DNA of 64,000 nucleotides from Armatimonadota bacterium (GTDB lineage Bacteria; Armatimonadota; HRBIN16): NCBI GenBank assembly GCA_963677485.1, contig OY781964.1, positions 3,136,001 to 3,200,000 of the forward strand, read 5' to 3'. Shown piece by piece: positions 20,077 to 29,942 of this stretch (position 1 is its first letter; each line of letters starts with the position of its first letter). The notes under the pieces were generated by a model. It saw only the letters and a program-made list of their open reading frames with translations, ran no database searches and was not told where the DNA came from. The position numbers and the translations under genes were made by a program.

Positions 20077-20832
20077 ATGCAATCACCGCCAGAACATGTG
20101 CCTAAGCTGCAGGACGCGGCTCTTTTTAGCTCTAGACTGGGCATGATCATCGGCATCTGGTCGTTGATAGCGCCATGGTTCTTCATGGACAGTCCCATGC
20201 ACATGCTGGCTTCAGTCATTGGACTTGTCGTTAGCGGTGTGGCTCTTCATGATGCCAAACAGGCAAAATCAGCCAATAGCCGCAGAATGGCCATAGTGGG
20301 GCTCATCACTTCGGGCATCGGATTTGCGATTGTGGTTGCGGTTCTGGCAAGTGTTATTTCGGGGTTTCGCCGTGAGGAAGTCCAGTTTGGCTGCCTTTAC
20401 AACACAAAGCTGATCTCGATGGCAATGAGACAATACACTAGTGACTACGACGACAAAATTCCGCCCGCCGAGAAGTGGCAACCAGCTTTGTTGGCGTATC
20501 TGCCCACCAAGAAGCGCGAGGATAAAGTGAGTGAGCTCCCGTATTGTCTCAGCGCGAAAGAGAAACGATTCTCCTACGGCATGAATAACGCGATGAGTGG
20601 TATTGCCATGCATGATATCCGCACGCCCGCCAGCACAGTGTTTGTTTTTGACAGCTCCCTGCCGATACCCTCCGCATCCGGTGGGCGTGAGACTGTAGAT
20701 TTCCGTCACAACGTCGGTGTTGTAAATGTAGCCAACATTGGATTCATTGATGGTCACTCAAAAGCTGCGATAGCCACTAATGCGGATAATCCGAATTTCA
20801 CTACCATCGACCAGCTGCGCTGGAAGCCGTAA
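20077..20832 (+). CDS. Membrane-anchored H-X9-DG/DUF1559-like protein (paralog 3)
   Basis: CLYNTK...YTSDYDD, SYGMNN, ASGGRETVDFRH, NIGFIDGH, LRWKP. Confidence 0.8.
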   Translation: MQSPPEHVPKLQDAALFSSRLGMIIGIWSLIAPWFFMDSPMHMLASVIGLVVSGVALHDAKQAKSANSRRMAIVGLITSGIGFAIVVAVLASVISGFRREEVQFGCLYNTKLISMAMRQYTSDYDDKIPPAEKWQPALLAYLPTKKREDKVSELPYCLSAKEKRFSYGMNNAMSGIAMHDIRTPASTVFVFDSSLPIPSASGGRETVDFRHNVGVVNVANIGFIDGHSKAAIATNADNPNFTTIDQLRWKP

Positions 20833-20865
20833 CGCCAAATGAAGGCATATCCAAGGAGGAACCTG

Positions 20866-21513
20866 ATGGAGTTTGATTTCTTGTTCAAAGACCGCGCTGA
20901 TGCCGGCAGGCAACTCGCCGGCTTGCTCCAACATTACAAGGATGAAAATCCTGTGGTGGTCGCCTTGCCAAGAGGGGGCGTGATCGTGGGACGCGAAATC
21001 GCCCGGACGCTTGGCTGCCCCCTGGACATCACCATCAGCCGAAAGCTCGGTCATCCCATGAACCCTGAGTATGCCATCGGTGCGATCTCCGAGCACAGCC
21101 AGGTCGTGGGTAACCAGCGTGAATGGGAGTCTGTGGACCAGGTGTGGCTGAAGCTGTCGATGGATGAGCAGAAGCGTGAGATCGACCGACGGCGGCAGAC
21201 CTACCTCCAGGGGAAGGAGCCTGTGGGGCTGATGGGCAAGACCGTCATCATAGTAGACGATGGCATCGCGACGGGCTCAACCATGATGGTCGCGATTCAA
21301 GAGATCAAGCTGCAGAAGCCTGAGAGGATCATCGTGGCCGTGCCCGTCGCACCGAAAGAGGAGGCAGCGGTGATTCGGAAACTGGTCGATGCCTTTGTGG
21401 CTGTGATTGTGCCAGACTACTTCCTCGGCGCCGTCGGGGCGTACTACAGAGACTTTGAGCAGACCTCGGATAGCGAAGTCATCAAGGCACTGGCGGATGC
21501 GAATGCGGGGTGA
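20866..21513 (+). CDS. Phosphoribosyltransferase family protein
   Basis: FKDRADAGRQLA, LPRGGV, IIVDDGIATGSTM PRPP loop, VGAYYRDFEQ. Confidence 0.9.
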   Translation: MEFDFLFKDRADAGRQLAGLLQHYKDENPVVVALPRGGVIVGREIARTLGCPLDITISRKLGHPMNPEYAIGAISEHSQVVGNQREWESVDQVWLKLSMDEQKREIDRRRQTYLQGKEPVGLMGKTVIIVDDGIATGSTMMVAIQEIKLQKPERIIVAVPVAPKEEAAVIRKLVDAFVAVIVPDYFLGAVGAYYRDFEQTSDSEVIKALADANAG

Positions 21514-21613
21514 GGGCGGTAGGTCTGGATTGATGTCGTGCCTCATCGCACTTGCGGTAGGCATCTGCTGTTTCATGGGCCTTTCATTGTTGTTAGTATC
21601 TTACCAACCATAT

Positions 21614-23255
21614 TTTGAACACGGTGTATAGAATATTCTGATATTACGCACCACACAAAGCGTTAGGCACAACGATCTGGCGAATAGCAAGTGCTGCCAT
21701 GATGATACGCTTGCCAAGTGCAGTGAGGTAGTATTTGTAGCGTTTACCGCATTTTTTAACGAGCCGGAATACTCGGCATCGCTTGATGAAGTATGATATC
21801 TGAGAGCTGGACATCTGCGGTAAGGCTTTTTGAAGCATACGGTTTGTGATCCCGCTGATGCATCCCTCTCCGCGAGCAAGTGCAATGAGACATTCCAAAT
21901 CCTTCTTGAGGAAAAGGTTGAATCCTCGATACGAGCGATGATCACGGGTGGTCGAGGTCGCGATTTTGATGATCTGATGTTCACCATCGCTGTTGTCATC
22001 AAGGGCGGAAAGAAAGTCAAGATATCTGTTGTTTGCAGATAATAACAGTTCCCTCAATGGAGGAAGGCTGTAGATGGTCTTTTGCATAGGGGCGTATTTA
22101 ATCTCAGTCGTCCCATCATGATGTTCTACCTCACGGTAGTGTTTAAATTCAGAGACGTCATTCACAGTCGTCTCGATACGCAAGATTATCCCTTGCTTGT
22201 CATACATTTTGATAGAAGCCCATCCCATGTAGTGTTTGATGCGCGTGCCTTGTATGCGGCGATCGAACTTGTAGTCAGTGCCGATCTCAGCGAGTGTTCG
22301 CCCATCAAGTTTCTTACCAAGAAACATCGCGATAGACTCTGGCGTTACCGTATGTATCGCTGTTTTGACTAGATTATCGTAGATGGCTTTGAGGTCTTCG
22401 GCGCGTTTGAACACGATGTCTGTAGCATATTCCACCTGCATTAGCGACCAATGATATGAATTGTCAGCAAGCCGTATCACGGGGCAATACATTCTGGCAA
22501 ATGCATCCAGCGCATGGTGCAGCTTATCAGCAGGAAAAGCGTCTGCCAGCCTCTGAGCACAGCTAAAGTCGTCGATTTTTACAAAGGCGTTGTCCAGTGG
22601 AGTGAAAACTACTCCCTCGGATTGAAGGCAATGCGCGAGATAATTGTGTCCATTACAATAGAATTGCAGACGGAAGGGCACCCAGGTCGGAACTCGTAGA
22701 TAGCACAGTCCAAACTCTGCATCGATGAAATAGAAGTAGTAATGAAGACACTTGGTCTCCTTGATATTCAGCCGGGTTTTGTGGGTAATCTTGTCGTGCC
22801 ACGGGGTGTATGCAGGACATTTTTCCAACACTGAGAATATGTGGACGAGACCGGGGTGACACCCTCGACTACTAATGATCTCTTTGATGCGGTCTTCTTT
22901 TCGAAATGAAGAGGCACGGCGTATATACTCAATTTCAATGCTGTTGGTAACGGCAAGGCGTTCCGCATTGGCTTTGATCTCATCTCGTAGAGGTTCGGCA
23001 AATTCCTTAGGAAAGTCAAATAGCCTGATGTTGCGTTGATGAAGATAGATGCCCATTCCGTCGCTATGACACCAGCCTGGGATTGTACCGGTGATAACTA
23101 TGCGGTCGAAGCATGAATATACCCCAGCTATCTGCTTTGCATAGCGTTCTTGAAGTGATGTCATTCTGGGCAACCTCACGAAAGGGTGTTTGAATGTATA
23201 TTACGTGGCGAATGCAATCATTCCTTTTTTGGTTGCGGCTAAGCCGCCTTAGGTT
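21614..23255 (-). mobile_element. Unclassified insertion sequence flanked by CATAT direct repeats
   Basis: CATAT at 21609-21613 and 23256-23260; single ORF; AT-richer than host; hairpin GCGGC-TAA-GCCGC near the right end; interrupts a gene. Confidence 0.85.
21644..23164 (-). CDS. Putative transposase (~506 aa) with C-terminal winged helix; no DDE/HUH motifs recognised by eye
   Basis: Sole ORF of the insertion; motifs CFDRIVITG, HYYFYFID, QVEYATD, IKMYDK, LRIETTVND, KYYLTALG; GAGG RBS before MTSLQ. Confidence 0.75.
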   Translation of the reverse strand: MTSLQERYAKQIAGVYSCFDRIVITGTIPGWCHSDGMGIYLHQRNIRLFDFPKEFAEPLRDEIKANAERLAVTNSIEIEYIRRASSFRKEDRIKEIISSRGCHPGLVHIFSVLEKCPAYTPWHDKITHKTRLNIKETKCLHYYFYFIDAEFGLCYLRVPTWVPFRLQFYCNGHNYLAHCLQSEGVVFTPLDNAFVKIDDFSCAQRLADAFPADKLHHALDAFARMYCPVIRLADNSYHWSLMQVEYATDIVFKRAEDLKAIYDNLVKTAIHTVTPESIAMFLGKKLDGRTLAEIGTDYKFDRRIQGTRIKHYMGWASIKMYDKQGIILRIETTVNDVSEFKHYREVEHHDGTTEIKYAPMQKTIYSLPPLRELLLSANNRYLDFLSALDDNSDGEHQIIKIATSTTRDHRSYRGFNLFLKKDLECLIALARGEGCISGITNRMLQKALPQMSSSQISYFIKRCRVFRLVKKCGKRYKYYLTALGKRIIMAALAIRQIVVPNALCGA

Positions 23256-23789
23256 CATATAGCGACTATGCCCGTTCGAAGGCGAAACAGGCTTACTGTC
23301 TCACCAACTTTAAGAAAATCGGCGAGGCATTGAAGATATACACCGGTGATTACGATGGGACACTGCCGTTGGCAAACAGTTGGCACCTGGCGTTATACCC
23401 CTACACTGAGCGTGAATCTCCATTCCTCTGTGTCAGGGATACCCCTTGGAACTGGAAATCCCGCGAGATAGGTTACGGCATGAACACATACCTGAATCAT
23501 GTGGCGGTGGCTCAGATAAGCCACCCCGCCAGCACGGTGTTTTTGTTCGATACTTACCTGCATAAGGTCAACCCCTGTGGTGGGCCTGAGGCTGTGGGTT
23601 ATGTTCATAAGCGAATTGGGGTTCGCAACGCCAACATTCTGTTTGTCGATGGTCATGCCGGTCCGGTCACTGACAGGAATACATTGCTTACGAAGACGAT
23701 GACGATCGATCAGGTGCTGTGGAGGCCGTAGGGGTCGGTAGTGAGGGTGTGGGACAGTAGAATGCGATGAGGGAGGCATACTCCCGTCG

Positions 23790-23940
23790 GCCGTAAACCC
23801 GCGGTACGGGGCCACCCGCCTTCGATCTGGGCCAGTGGCCATTGGCGACGGGTTCGGTGGCCCGTCCGTGACTTCGTCCCGGTACGAGCACTGTCACCCG
23901 ACGCTGACCGGTAATGGCCTGCGTTCCGGCAGGCGTTGGA
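23790..23940. repeat. Mosaic hairpin repeat locus R2
   Basis: TTGGCGACGGGTTCGGTGGCCCGTCCGTGACTTCGTCCCGGTACG..CACTGTCACCCG and GCCTGCGTTCCGGCAGGCGT, shared with 59515-59610. Confidence 0.8.
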
Positions 23941-23944
23941 TGAC

Positions 23945-25861
23945 CTACCGCCCATATACCTCCAACTCCGACAAGTGCAGACCGGGGTTGGCGGAGTTGC
24001 TCAGCATGATCACGCGAACATAGCGTGCGTTGACCTGCGGGAAATCAACCGAATCGCCGTCGGCCGTGGAGGGGGCCGTGTCGTTCTTGAAGGCCACCTG
24101 CCTCCAGTTCACATGGTCGCGAGATACCACCACGCGGTAACGGTAATAGCGGCCATCGCCACAAAAGTAGTTGCGTACGACGATACGGTTGATCGGCTGG
24201 TCCTTCTGTAAATCCACCTCCACCCACTGCGGACCAAGGTCAGCGGCCCAGTAAGTGCTGGTCTGGCCGTCGGTCACATACTCGGGCACTGGACCTAAGC
24301 CATGGGCACCGGCTCCGTTCCCCGAAATATCCGAGGCCGACACGGGCTTGAATGCGGCCAGGTTTTGCATTCGGCCGGCGCGCACAGCAGCCGTGGCAAG
24401 ATCGCGGTGGAGTTTCTGCCGCATTTTGCTTCGCGTAGCGTAATAGGCCTGTATCTCGCTCTTCATCGGTTTGAGCTTGGCGGCGGTGAGATTCGCCGCC
24501 TGAGGCATATAGTCGTGAATGTATACCTGCGACTCGGTAGGGGTCAGGAAGTAGTCCTTACCGTTGTCGGTATTGTGCTGCGAACCAACCCAATAGGCCA
24601 AACGGGCGTTCACCCCGACCGCGGCGCGCACGATCTCGGGGCTGACCCGGCAGGTGTCGTAGCAGAGCGTGCCGATGGAATTGCCCATGTTATAGCTGGA
24701 CACGGCATACCGCAGGTAGGCGGGGTCGATCTCAGCCCAGCTCATGTTTTCACCGCGGAGCACGAAGTCCGCGTAGGTATCGACAAATGGCACGATCATC
24801 CGTTTGTTCATGAAGGGGGTTTGGGTCAGGTGGATATACAGCCGCCTGTCACCCAGCAATCTCCGGGCGGCTTTGGCGATCTGCCATGCCTGTTCTACCC
24901 CGATGGCGGTGTAGTCCCAGTACATTCCGTCCACGCCGAAGCTCATGATGTGCGCCATCTCGGCCTCAAAAGCCTTGAGGTTCCCGTGATAATAGAAGGG
25001 TGAGGTGTAGATCAGAACCTTCCAGCCCAGTTGGTGCGTTTTTTGAAGCACTTCCTTAAATCGAACAGGATCGGCAGGCTGGATGTTCACGCTGCCGAAA
25101 CTGCTCCATGCCTCCGCATGAAGCACCAGCACATTGCCGATCTTTCGCCACTTAACCAGTTCCTCATCGGTGGGATAGGGCTGATCGGACTGGCAGGTGG
25201 TTCCCGAAATCCAGTTCGGGAAGTGATGCACCAGTCGGTTCTGTGAGGCCTGCTGCCAGTCGAACGGCCGTGGTGGGAACACCGAAATCATTACATCGCT
25301 GCTGGTCAGGTAAGGATCTGTCTTGAGTTGCGAGTAATCTACCCGCCATGGCCCGCTGTCCTGCCCGGAGACCTGCATCCTGGCGCCTTTGGGACCGTAG
25401 ACCCCAGCTCCGCCTTGCTCATCGGCGAAGATCACGCTCGCTTCTGCCCGCTCACGGAACTGCGTATCGAACCCGGGCGAGGAGCTGACGACCAGCGAGG
25501 AAGCACCGCTCACCCTGAGCACCGAGTCGCCTGTGATCACCAGACTGATGCCAGAGCGGCTCGCCAATGAGCATGTGTCGCTGCCCTGGTGTGGTTGGAC
25601 CGTCCACGTGTTAGTGGCTTGGCAGGGTAGTTTGACGACCGCTACACATCGCCGCAGATTGATGGTCTGCAGGCAGCGCAGCTGGTTGCCCGAAATATGA
25701 AACTCCGCACCCTTCGTCACCACCCTGATAGTACCGGGGGTGCGATGGACAGCCACACCATTGAATGCCGTTGCGCGGTTGGTGCACTCACACTCCGCCA
25801 CCAGGCTGGTCAAGCCCAGAAGGCATATTACGCCGATAAACGTCGGGAAAAACTTCGCCAT
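23945..25861 (-). CDS. Secreted putative glycoside hydrolase with C-terminal discoidin (F5/8 type C) domain
   Basis: Signal peptide, DGMYWD barrel motif, NLAAFKPVSAS...DG.T.TYW...QWVEVDL...ARYVRV...ELEVYG. Confidence 0.7.
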   Translation of the reverse strand: MAKFFPTFIGVICLLGLTSLVAECECTNRATAFNGVAVHRTPGTIRVVTKGAEFHISGNQLRCLQTINLRRCVAVVKLPCQATNTWTVQPHQGSDTCSLASRSGISLVITGDSVLRVSGASSLVVSSSPGFDTQFRERAEASVIFADEQGGAGVYGPKGARMQVSGQDSGPWRVDYSQLKTDPYLTSSDVMISVFPPRPFDWQQASQNRLVHHFPNWISGTTCQSDQPYPTDEELVKWRKIGNVLVLHAEAWSSFGSVNIQPADPVRFKEVLQKTHQLGWKVLIYTSPFYYHGNLKAFEAEMAHIMSFGVDGMYWDYTAIGVEQAWQIAKAARRLLGDRRLYIHLTQTPFMNKRMIVPFVDTYADFVLRGENMSWAEIDPAYLRYAVSSYNMGNSIGTLCYDTCRVSPEIVRAAVGVNARLAYWVGSQHNTDNGKDYFLTPTESQVYIHDYMPQAANLTAAKLKPMKSEIQAYYATRSKMRQKLHRDLATAAVRAGRMQNLAAFKPVSASDISGNGAGAHGLGPVPEYVTDGQTSTYWAADLGPQWVEVDLQKDQPINRIVVRNYFCGDGRYYRYRVVVSRDHVNWRQVAFKNDTAPSTADGDSVDFPQVNARYVRVIMLSNSANPGLHLSELEVYGR

Positions 25862-26010
25862 ATTCACCACATCATCTGTATAGTTCACCTGTAATATATC
25901 ATCAACCCGCACGCTGTGATGAAGTGTTCGCTTGACACCAATAATCACAAAGAGTACGATATGCATATTACGTCATGACCTCCAACCAATACTAATGAGG
26001 ACTGCCAACC

Positions 26011-27408
26011 ATGCGCTTGCTGCTGGGTATCGATATGGGCACCACCAAAATCTGTGCTCTCGCTCTGAACGCCGAGTCGGGTGCCATTGTTGCCGTGGAA
26101 TCGGCTCCTAACAACACGCGGCTAACGACAGACCCTCAGGCATCCGAGCAGAACGCGCAGGCGATCTGCGACATCGCACGGAGCTGCATCGCACGCTTGA
26201 TGCATCACGAGCTGGTTGCAGGTGCTGAGATACTGGCACTCGGCGTCACAGGTCAGATGCACGGCGTGGTGATCGCAGACACCTGTGGTGTGCCCCTCAC
26301 CCCGCTCATCAACTGGCAGGACCAGCGTGGCCATCAAGTAGGCTCCAATGGAACGAACTATGTAGATGGAGTTTTAAAAATTCTAGCCGATGACCTGGCC
26401 CGCACCGGATGCAGGCCAGCTACCGGATATGGTGCGGTCACGCTGTATCGGCTGGCACAAGAAGCTCAGCTGCCCGAACATGGGGTGGCTTTGACGATAC
26501 AGGATCTGCTGGTCTGCCTGCTCACAGGAGCCGCGGCCACCGACCCATCGGATGCGGCGAGCTGGGGCATATTCAACACCCAGGATGGGACCGACTGGCT
26601 GCCAGAGATCGCACTGCGTTTAGGTCTTCCTGCCCAGTTGCTGCCCCCTGTTTATGCCACAGGCACCACCAGCTTCCCCCTTCGTGAAGGGGCCGCTTCT
26701 GCTCTTGGACTGCCCGCAGGACTACCTGTGGCGGTAGCCATCGGTGACAATCAGGCCTCCTTCCTGGGTAGTGTGCCGGATTACACCGACAGCCTGCTCA
26801 TCAACCTCGGCACCGGTGGGCAGATGTCGGTAGCCGTCAACAGCTACTCCACCCATCCGTTGCTCGAAACCCGCCCGTTGATCGCAAGCTACCGGCTGCT
26901 CGTGGGTTCCAGCCTGTGCGGAGGCCGTGCCTACCAACTGCTGGCCGAGTTCTACCGCGAGGTGGGTCTGAAACTGTTTGGCATTGACGCAGAACTCTCA
27001 GATATCTATGAAGCCATGGGTAGACTGTCGGTGCCCGCTCAAAACGAGCTTCTGTTCGATACCCGCTTCAGCGGCACGAGGCAGCAACCCGGTATGAAAG
27101 CCTCTCTGACCGGTCTGGGTGTAGGGAACTTCACCCCTGAGCACATGACCCAGGCGTTGCGCCAAGGCATGGTGAGCGAGTTGGTGGGGTATTATCAGGC
27201 CGCCAGACAGGCTGGCGCCGATCCCGTGCGTGTGGTGGGGGCCGGCAACGGCGTGCGCCGCAACGAGGCCGTGCGGACAGAGATCATCCGCCAGACGAGC
27301 TTGCCGCTTGTGCTGCCAGAGCAACAGGAGGAGGCCGCCGTCGGCGCCGCCCTCACAGCGGGGCTGACGGTGGGTGTGACGATGGAGAGACCCACCGGAT
27401 CCGTATAA
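26011..27408 (+). CDS. FGGY-family carbohydrate kinase (sedoheptulokinase-like)
   Basis: LGIDMGTT, TGQMHG, NWQDQR, GDNQASF, NLGTGGQ, GAGNG. Confidence 0.85.
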   Translation: MRLLLGIDMGTTKICALALNAESGAIVAVESAPNNTRLTTDPQASEQNAQAICDIARSCIARLMHHELVAGAEILALGVTGQMHGVVIADTCGVPLTPLINWQDQRGHQVGSNGTNYVDGVLKILADDLARTGCRPATGYGAVTLYRLAQEAQLPEHGVALTIQDLLVCLLTGAAATDPSDAASWGIFNTQDGTDWLPEIALRLGLPAQLLPPVYATGTTSFPLREGAASALGLPAGLPVAVAIGDNQASFLGSVPDYTDSLLINLGTGGQMSVAVNSYSTHPLLETRPLIASYRLLVGSSLCGGRAYQLLAEFYREVGLKLFGIDAELSDIYEAMGRLSVPAQNELLFDTRFSGTRQQPGMKASLTGLGVGNFTPEHMTQALRQGMVSELVGYYQAARQAGADPVRVVGAGNGVRRNEAVRTEIIRQTSLPLVLPEQQEEAAVGAALTAGLTVGVTMERPTGSV

Positions 27409-27469
27409 GTTGCGGCTTGATTCGCCCCCCCTGGGAACGCCAATATCCCGATTGGCCTTCCTTCCCATC

Positions 27470-27655
27470 CGAACCTATCCGTGCCATCCGCGTAATCCGT
27501 GGTTCAGACAATCCGGGCATCGGACGGATAAGACAGATTGGACTGATTATGGGTGAGGGCAACCACAGGGGGTTGCCCCTAGTCTCTTCCCCCTTCGCGC
27601 CTTCGCGTCTTCGCGTCTTCGCGTGACTCCTCCGCTCTTCGCTCCTCCCGTTGCA
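27470..27655. repeat. Cluster of short imperfect satellites plus a REP-like hairpin
   Basis: ATCCGTGCCATCCGCGTAATCCGTGGTTCAGACAA, GGGCAACCACAGGGGGTTGCCC, (TTCGCGYC)n; related motifs at 47335 and 57785-57852. Confidence 0.65.
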
Positions 27656-27692
27656 TCCGCTTCATCGCAAAGGGTAGAATCTTAGGTGAACA

Positions 27693-29864
27693 ATGTACCG
27701 TTCAGTAAGCCATACCATGCCAACTAGGAGAGTTGAATCATTGAGTACGCAGAGCACGCGGCCACTGCGGGCCGCATCTTCTCGGGATTCCCGTGTTCTG
27801 GACAACTCCGGTCACGGCGCCAGCATCGCTGACAGCCTTCCGGATTTTGATCGTCTACCCCAATTCCATTCATCGAATGGTGACTTCGACAAATTCCTCA
27901 ATGAGTATTTCCAACGGCAGCTCTTCAATGACGAATACGCAACTGCATTACGTTTTGCCGGCTCACAGCCGACCGGCATGGATCTACTAAATGCCTTTGA
28001 GGGCGACAGCTGGTCGCTCTGCTGGCAGGACCGCACCGCCATGGGCAACAGGTATGATTTCGCTAAACGGTTGCCAACCATTGGATCCTATGTTCCGTCT
28101 GACACGGTTCTGCACGCACTGCTGCGGCTGCCCGTCGACGGCTTTGGGCACGTCTGGAGCCCACTATTGCATCCGTCAGATATGCCAGAGCCTGGCCATG
28201 ATCGCGCGAAATACTCCTGGCCATGGTCGGAACTGACAAGCTACCAGCTTGATTCTAGCAATATTTCCTCGCTGTTCCAGGCGATTTTGCCCGCAGCACA
28301 GTGGGCATCTACCGGCTTTACTCCCGATGAGAGCCACATCGGCATCTCTGGCAGCGTCACCGGAGCTCTGCCTCGTTTGGTCAGCCCGCCCTTCAACATT
28401 TCCTCAGGCGATATGCCAGTCGTCGAAGTGGTTTTGCGCTTCAAAGAGCTCGAAACGCGCGATGGTCTGCGTATGCTGGGCGGCTTCAAGCTATACTGGG
28501 CCACCTCCAACCAGACCGAATTTGACGAGAAACGCTCGGTCAGCATCGATGACTGCACGCTGTCACCGCTGGAGTATGCTGCCGCGTTGAAGCCTGATCA
28601 GACCCCGATGGAGCCTCAGTTCCGTCTGCAGTTTGACCTTAAGCACCACAAGGGCTGGGTGAACCAAACAATCACTCGGCTGCTCATTGTTCCGGCAGGT
28701 CATGATGCTCTGGGCGGTGATGCCACAGGCGTGAAGCTGCAGATTGAAGACATCCTGGTCATCAAACATGCAGAAAACCCGGTTGCCAACGCCGATTTCA
28801 TCAACGTCAGTGCCCGGTTATACGCCTGGTCTGGCGATGACGGTTTCCTGCAGGCGATGATACCCAAACTGCGCCGCGCCATACAGGGGCTGATCCTACA
28901 GCCTGCGATGCAGAATCATCCTCTGCTCGTCAGTCCATCGGACGGTAACACAAATGGGTCCGTGTGTGACACAAAACTCAACATCGCCTATTGTGCGGCC
29001 CTATGCCACATGGCCTTGCTGGAAAAGGCCGTCACCGACCACCGCTTGCCCATCGCCCGCGGCCAGCAGATACTGTCGCCTGAAGGCGCGGCAGTCAGCT
29101 ACACCGAGACCAGCTATTCGCTGGAGACACGGGCGAAAGCGCTCAAACTGGCCATCCAAACGCAGCTTTGGAATCCCGCCACTCACAGGTTCTGCGAGAG
29201 CACCACGCAGACTGGATCGATACAGGCTGATGGCTCCATCGCATTAAACCTGAAGGCACTGGCTCATGGCCTATGCACGCCAGCACAGCGCGACTGCCTG
29301 CTCAACTGGCTTGAGGAGCCCGTCAGTGACTGCAGTGAGCACCTCACCACGGTTCTCTACGAGCTGATGGCCCGCGTCCAAACCTTCAAGCAAAAGCAGA
29401 TTGACCAGACTTATCAGCGTGTGCTTCAGATGGAGAAATGCATCGGGATTGCAGGCGAACAACCGCCATCTGCAGAGGCGGCGTGTCTGCCCGCCTCGCC
29501 CGATCTACCCATGGGCTCGCTTCATCCGCTCTACGCCTTCCTGGGTGTGGATGTCAAAGACCCTGATGTGCTGACCATCGCACCGGCCATCCCCACTGAC
29601 CTGCACCACATGAGCGTGCAGAATGTGTTCTTCCATGGCAACTACATCAATATAGAAGCAGGAAAAGACTACGTCAGTTTGGAAGGCAGCCGCCTGCTCA
29701 ACACCAAAGGTCTGCGGCTGAAGGTCATATTCCACAACATCAGGTATAACTACCAGGTGTTTGTGAACGACAATGAATACCACAGCTACAAGACGAGCAA
29801 CGATGGCTCCGTGCAGATCCCGCTCAGCTTAGGCACCGTCACGGTGCAAATCCGCCCCGACTAG
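27693..29864 (+). CDS. Hypothetical protein, possibly six-hairpin glycosidase-like
   Basis: 723-aa ORF; WSGDD.FL..MIPKLRRA, LWNP.T.RF, C-terminal IAPAIP..L motif typical of (alpha/alpha)6 glycosidases. Confidence 0.5.
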   Translation: MYRSVSHTMPTRRVESLSTQSTRPLRAASSRDSRVLDNSGHGASIADSLPDFDRLPQFHSSNGDFDKFLNEYFQRQLFNDEYATALRFAGSQPTGMDLLNAFEGDSWSLCWQDRTAMGNRYDFAKRLPTIGSYVPSDTVLHALLRLPVDGFGHVWSPLLHPSDMPEPGHDRAKYSWPWSELTSYQLDSSNISSLFQAILPAAQWASTGFTPDESHIGISGSVTGALPRLVSPPFNISSGDMPVVEVVLRFKELETRDGLRMLGGFKLYWATSNQTEFDEKRSVSIDDCTLSPLEYAAALKPDQTPMEPQFRLQFDLKHHKGWVNQTITRLLIVPAGHDALGGDATGVKLQIEDILVIKHAENPVANADFINVSARLYAWSGDDGFLQAMIPKLRRAIQGLILQPAMQNHPLLVSPSDGNTNGSVCDTKLNIAYCAALCHMALLEKAVTDHRLPIARGQQILSPEGAAVSYTETSYSLETRAKALKLAIQTQLWNPATHRFCESTTQTGSIQADGSIALNLKALAHGLCTPAQRDCLLNWLEEPVSDCSEHLTTVLYELMARVQTFKQKQIDQTYQRVLQMEKCIGIAGEQPPSAEAACLPASPDLPMGSLHPLYAFLGVDVKDPDVLTIAPAIPTDLHHMSVQNVFFHGNYINIEAGKDYVSLEGSRLLNTKGLRLKVIFHNIRYNYQVFVNDNEYHSYKTSNDGSVQIPLSLGTVTVQIRPD

Positions 29865-29942
29865 CAGCCGCTCCCCGGGGTGAGCGCACTCACCCCGGGG
29901 TATAATGAGCTATATTCTGACTGCTCGTGAGGTCGCCAAAGT

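Larger units (their letters stand above)
21497..23731 (+). pseudogene. H-X9-DG paralog 4, interrupted by an insertion element
   Basis: 5' part (TM helix ...LLVSYQPY) and 3' part (SDYARSKAKQAYCLTNFKKIG...YTGDYD...NILFVDGH...LWRP) join in frame when 21614-23260 is removed. Confidence 0.85.

Noticed and set aside
18132-23940. Classical integron cassette array
   Set aside because: No integron integrase, the repeats lack RYYYAAC/GTTRRRY ends, and they do not follow every gene.
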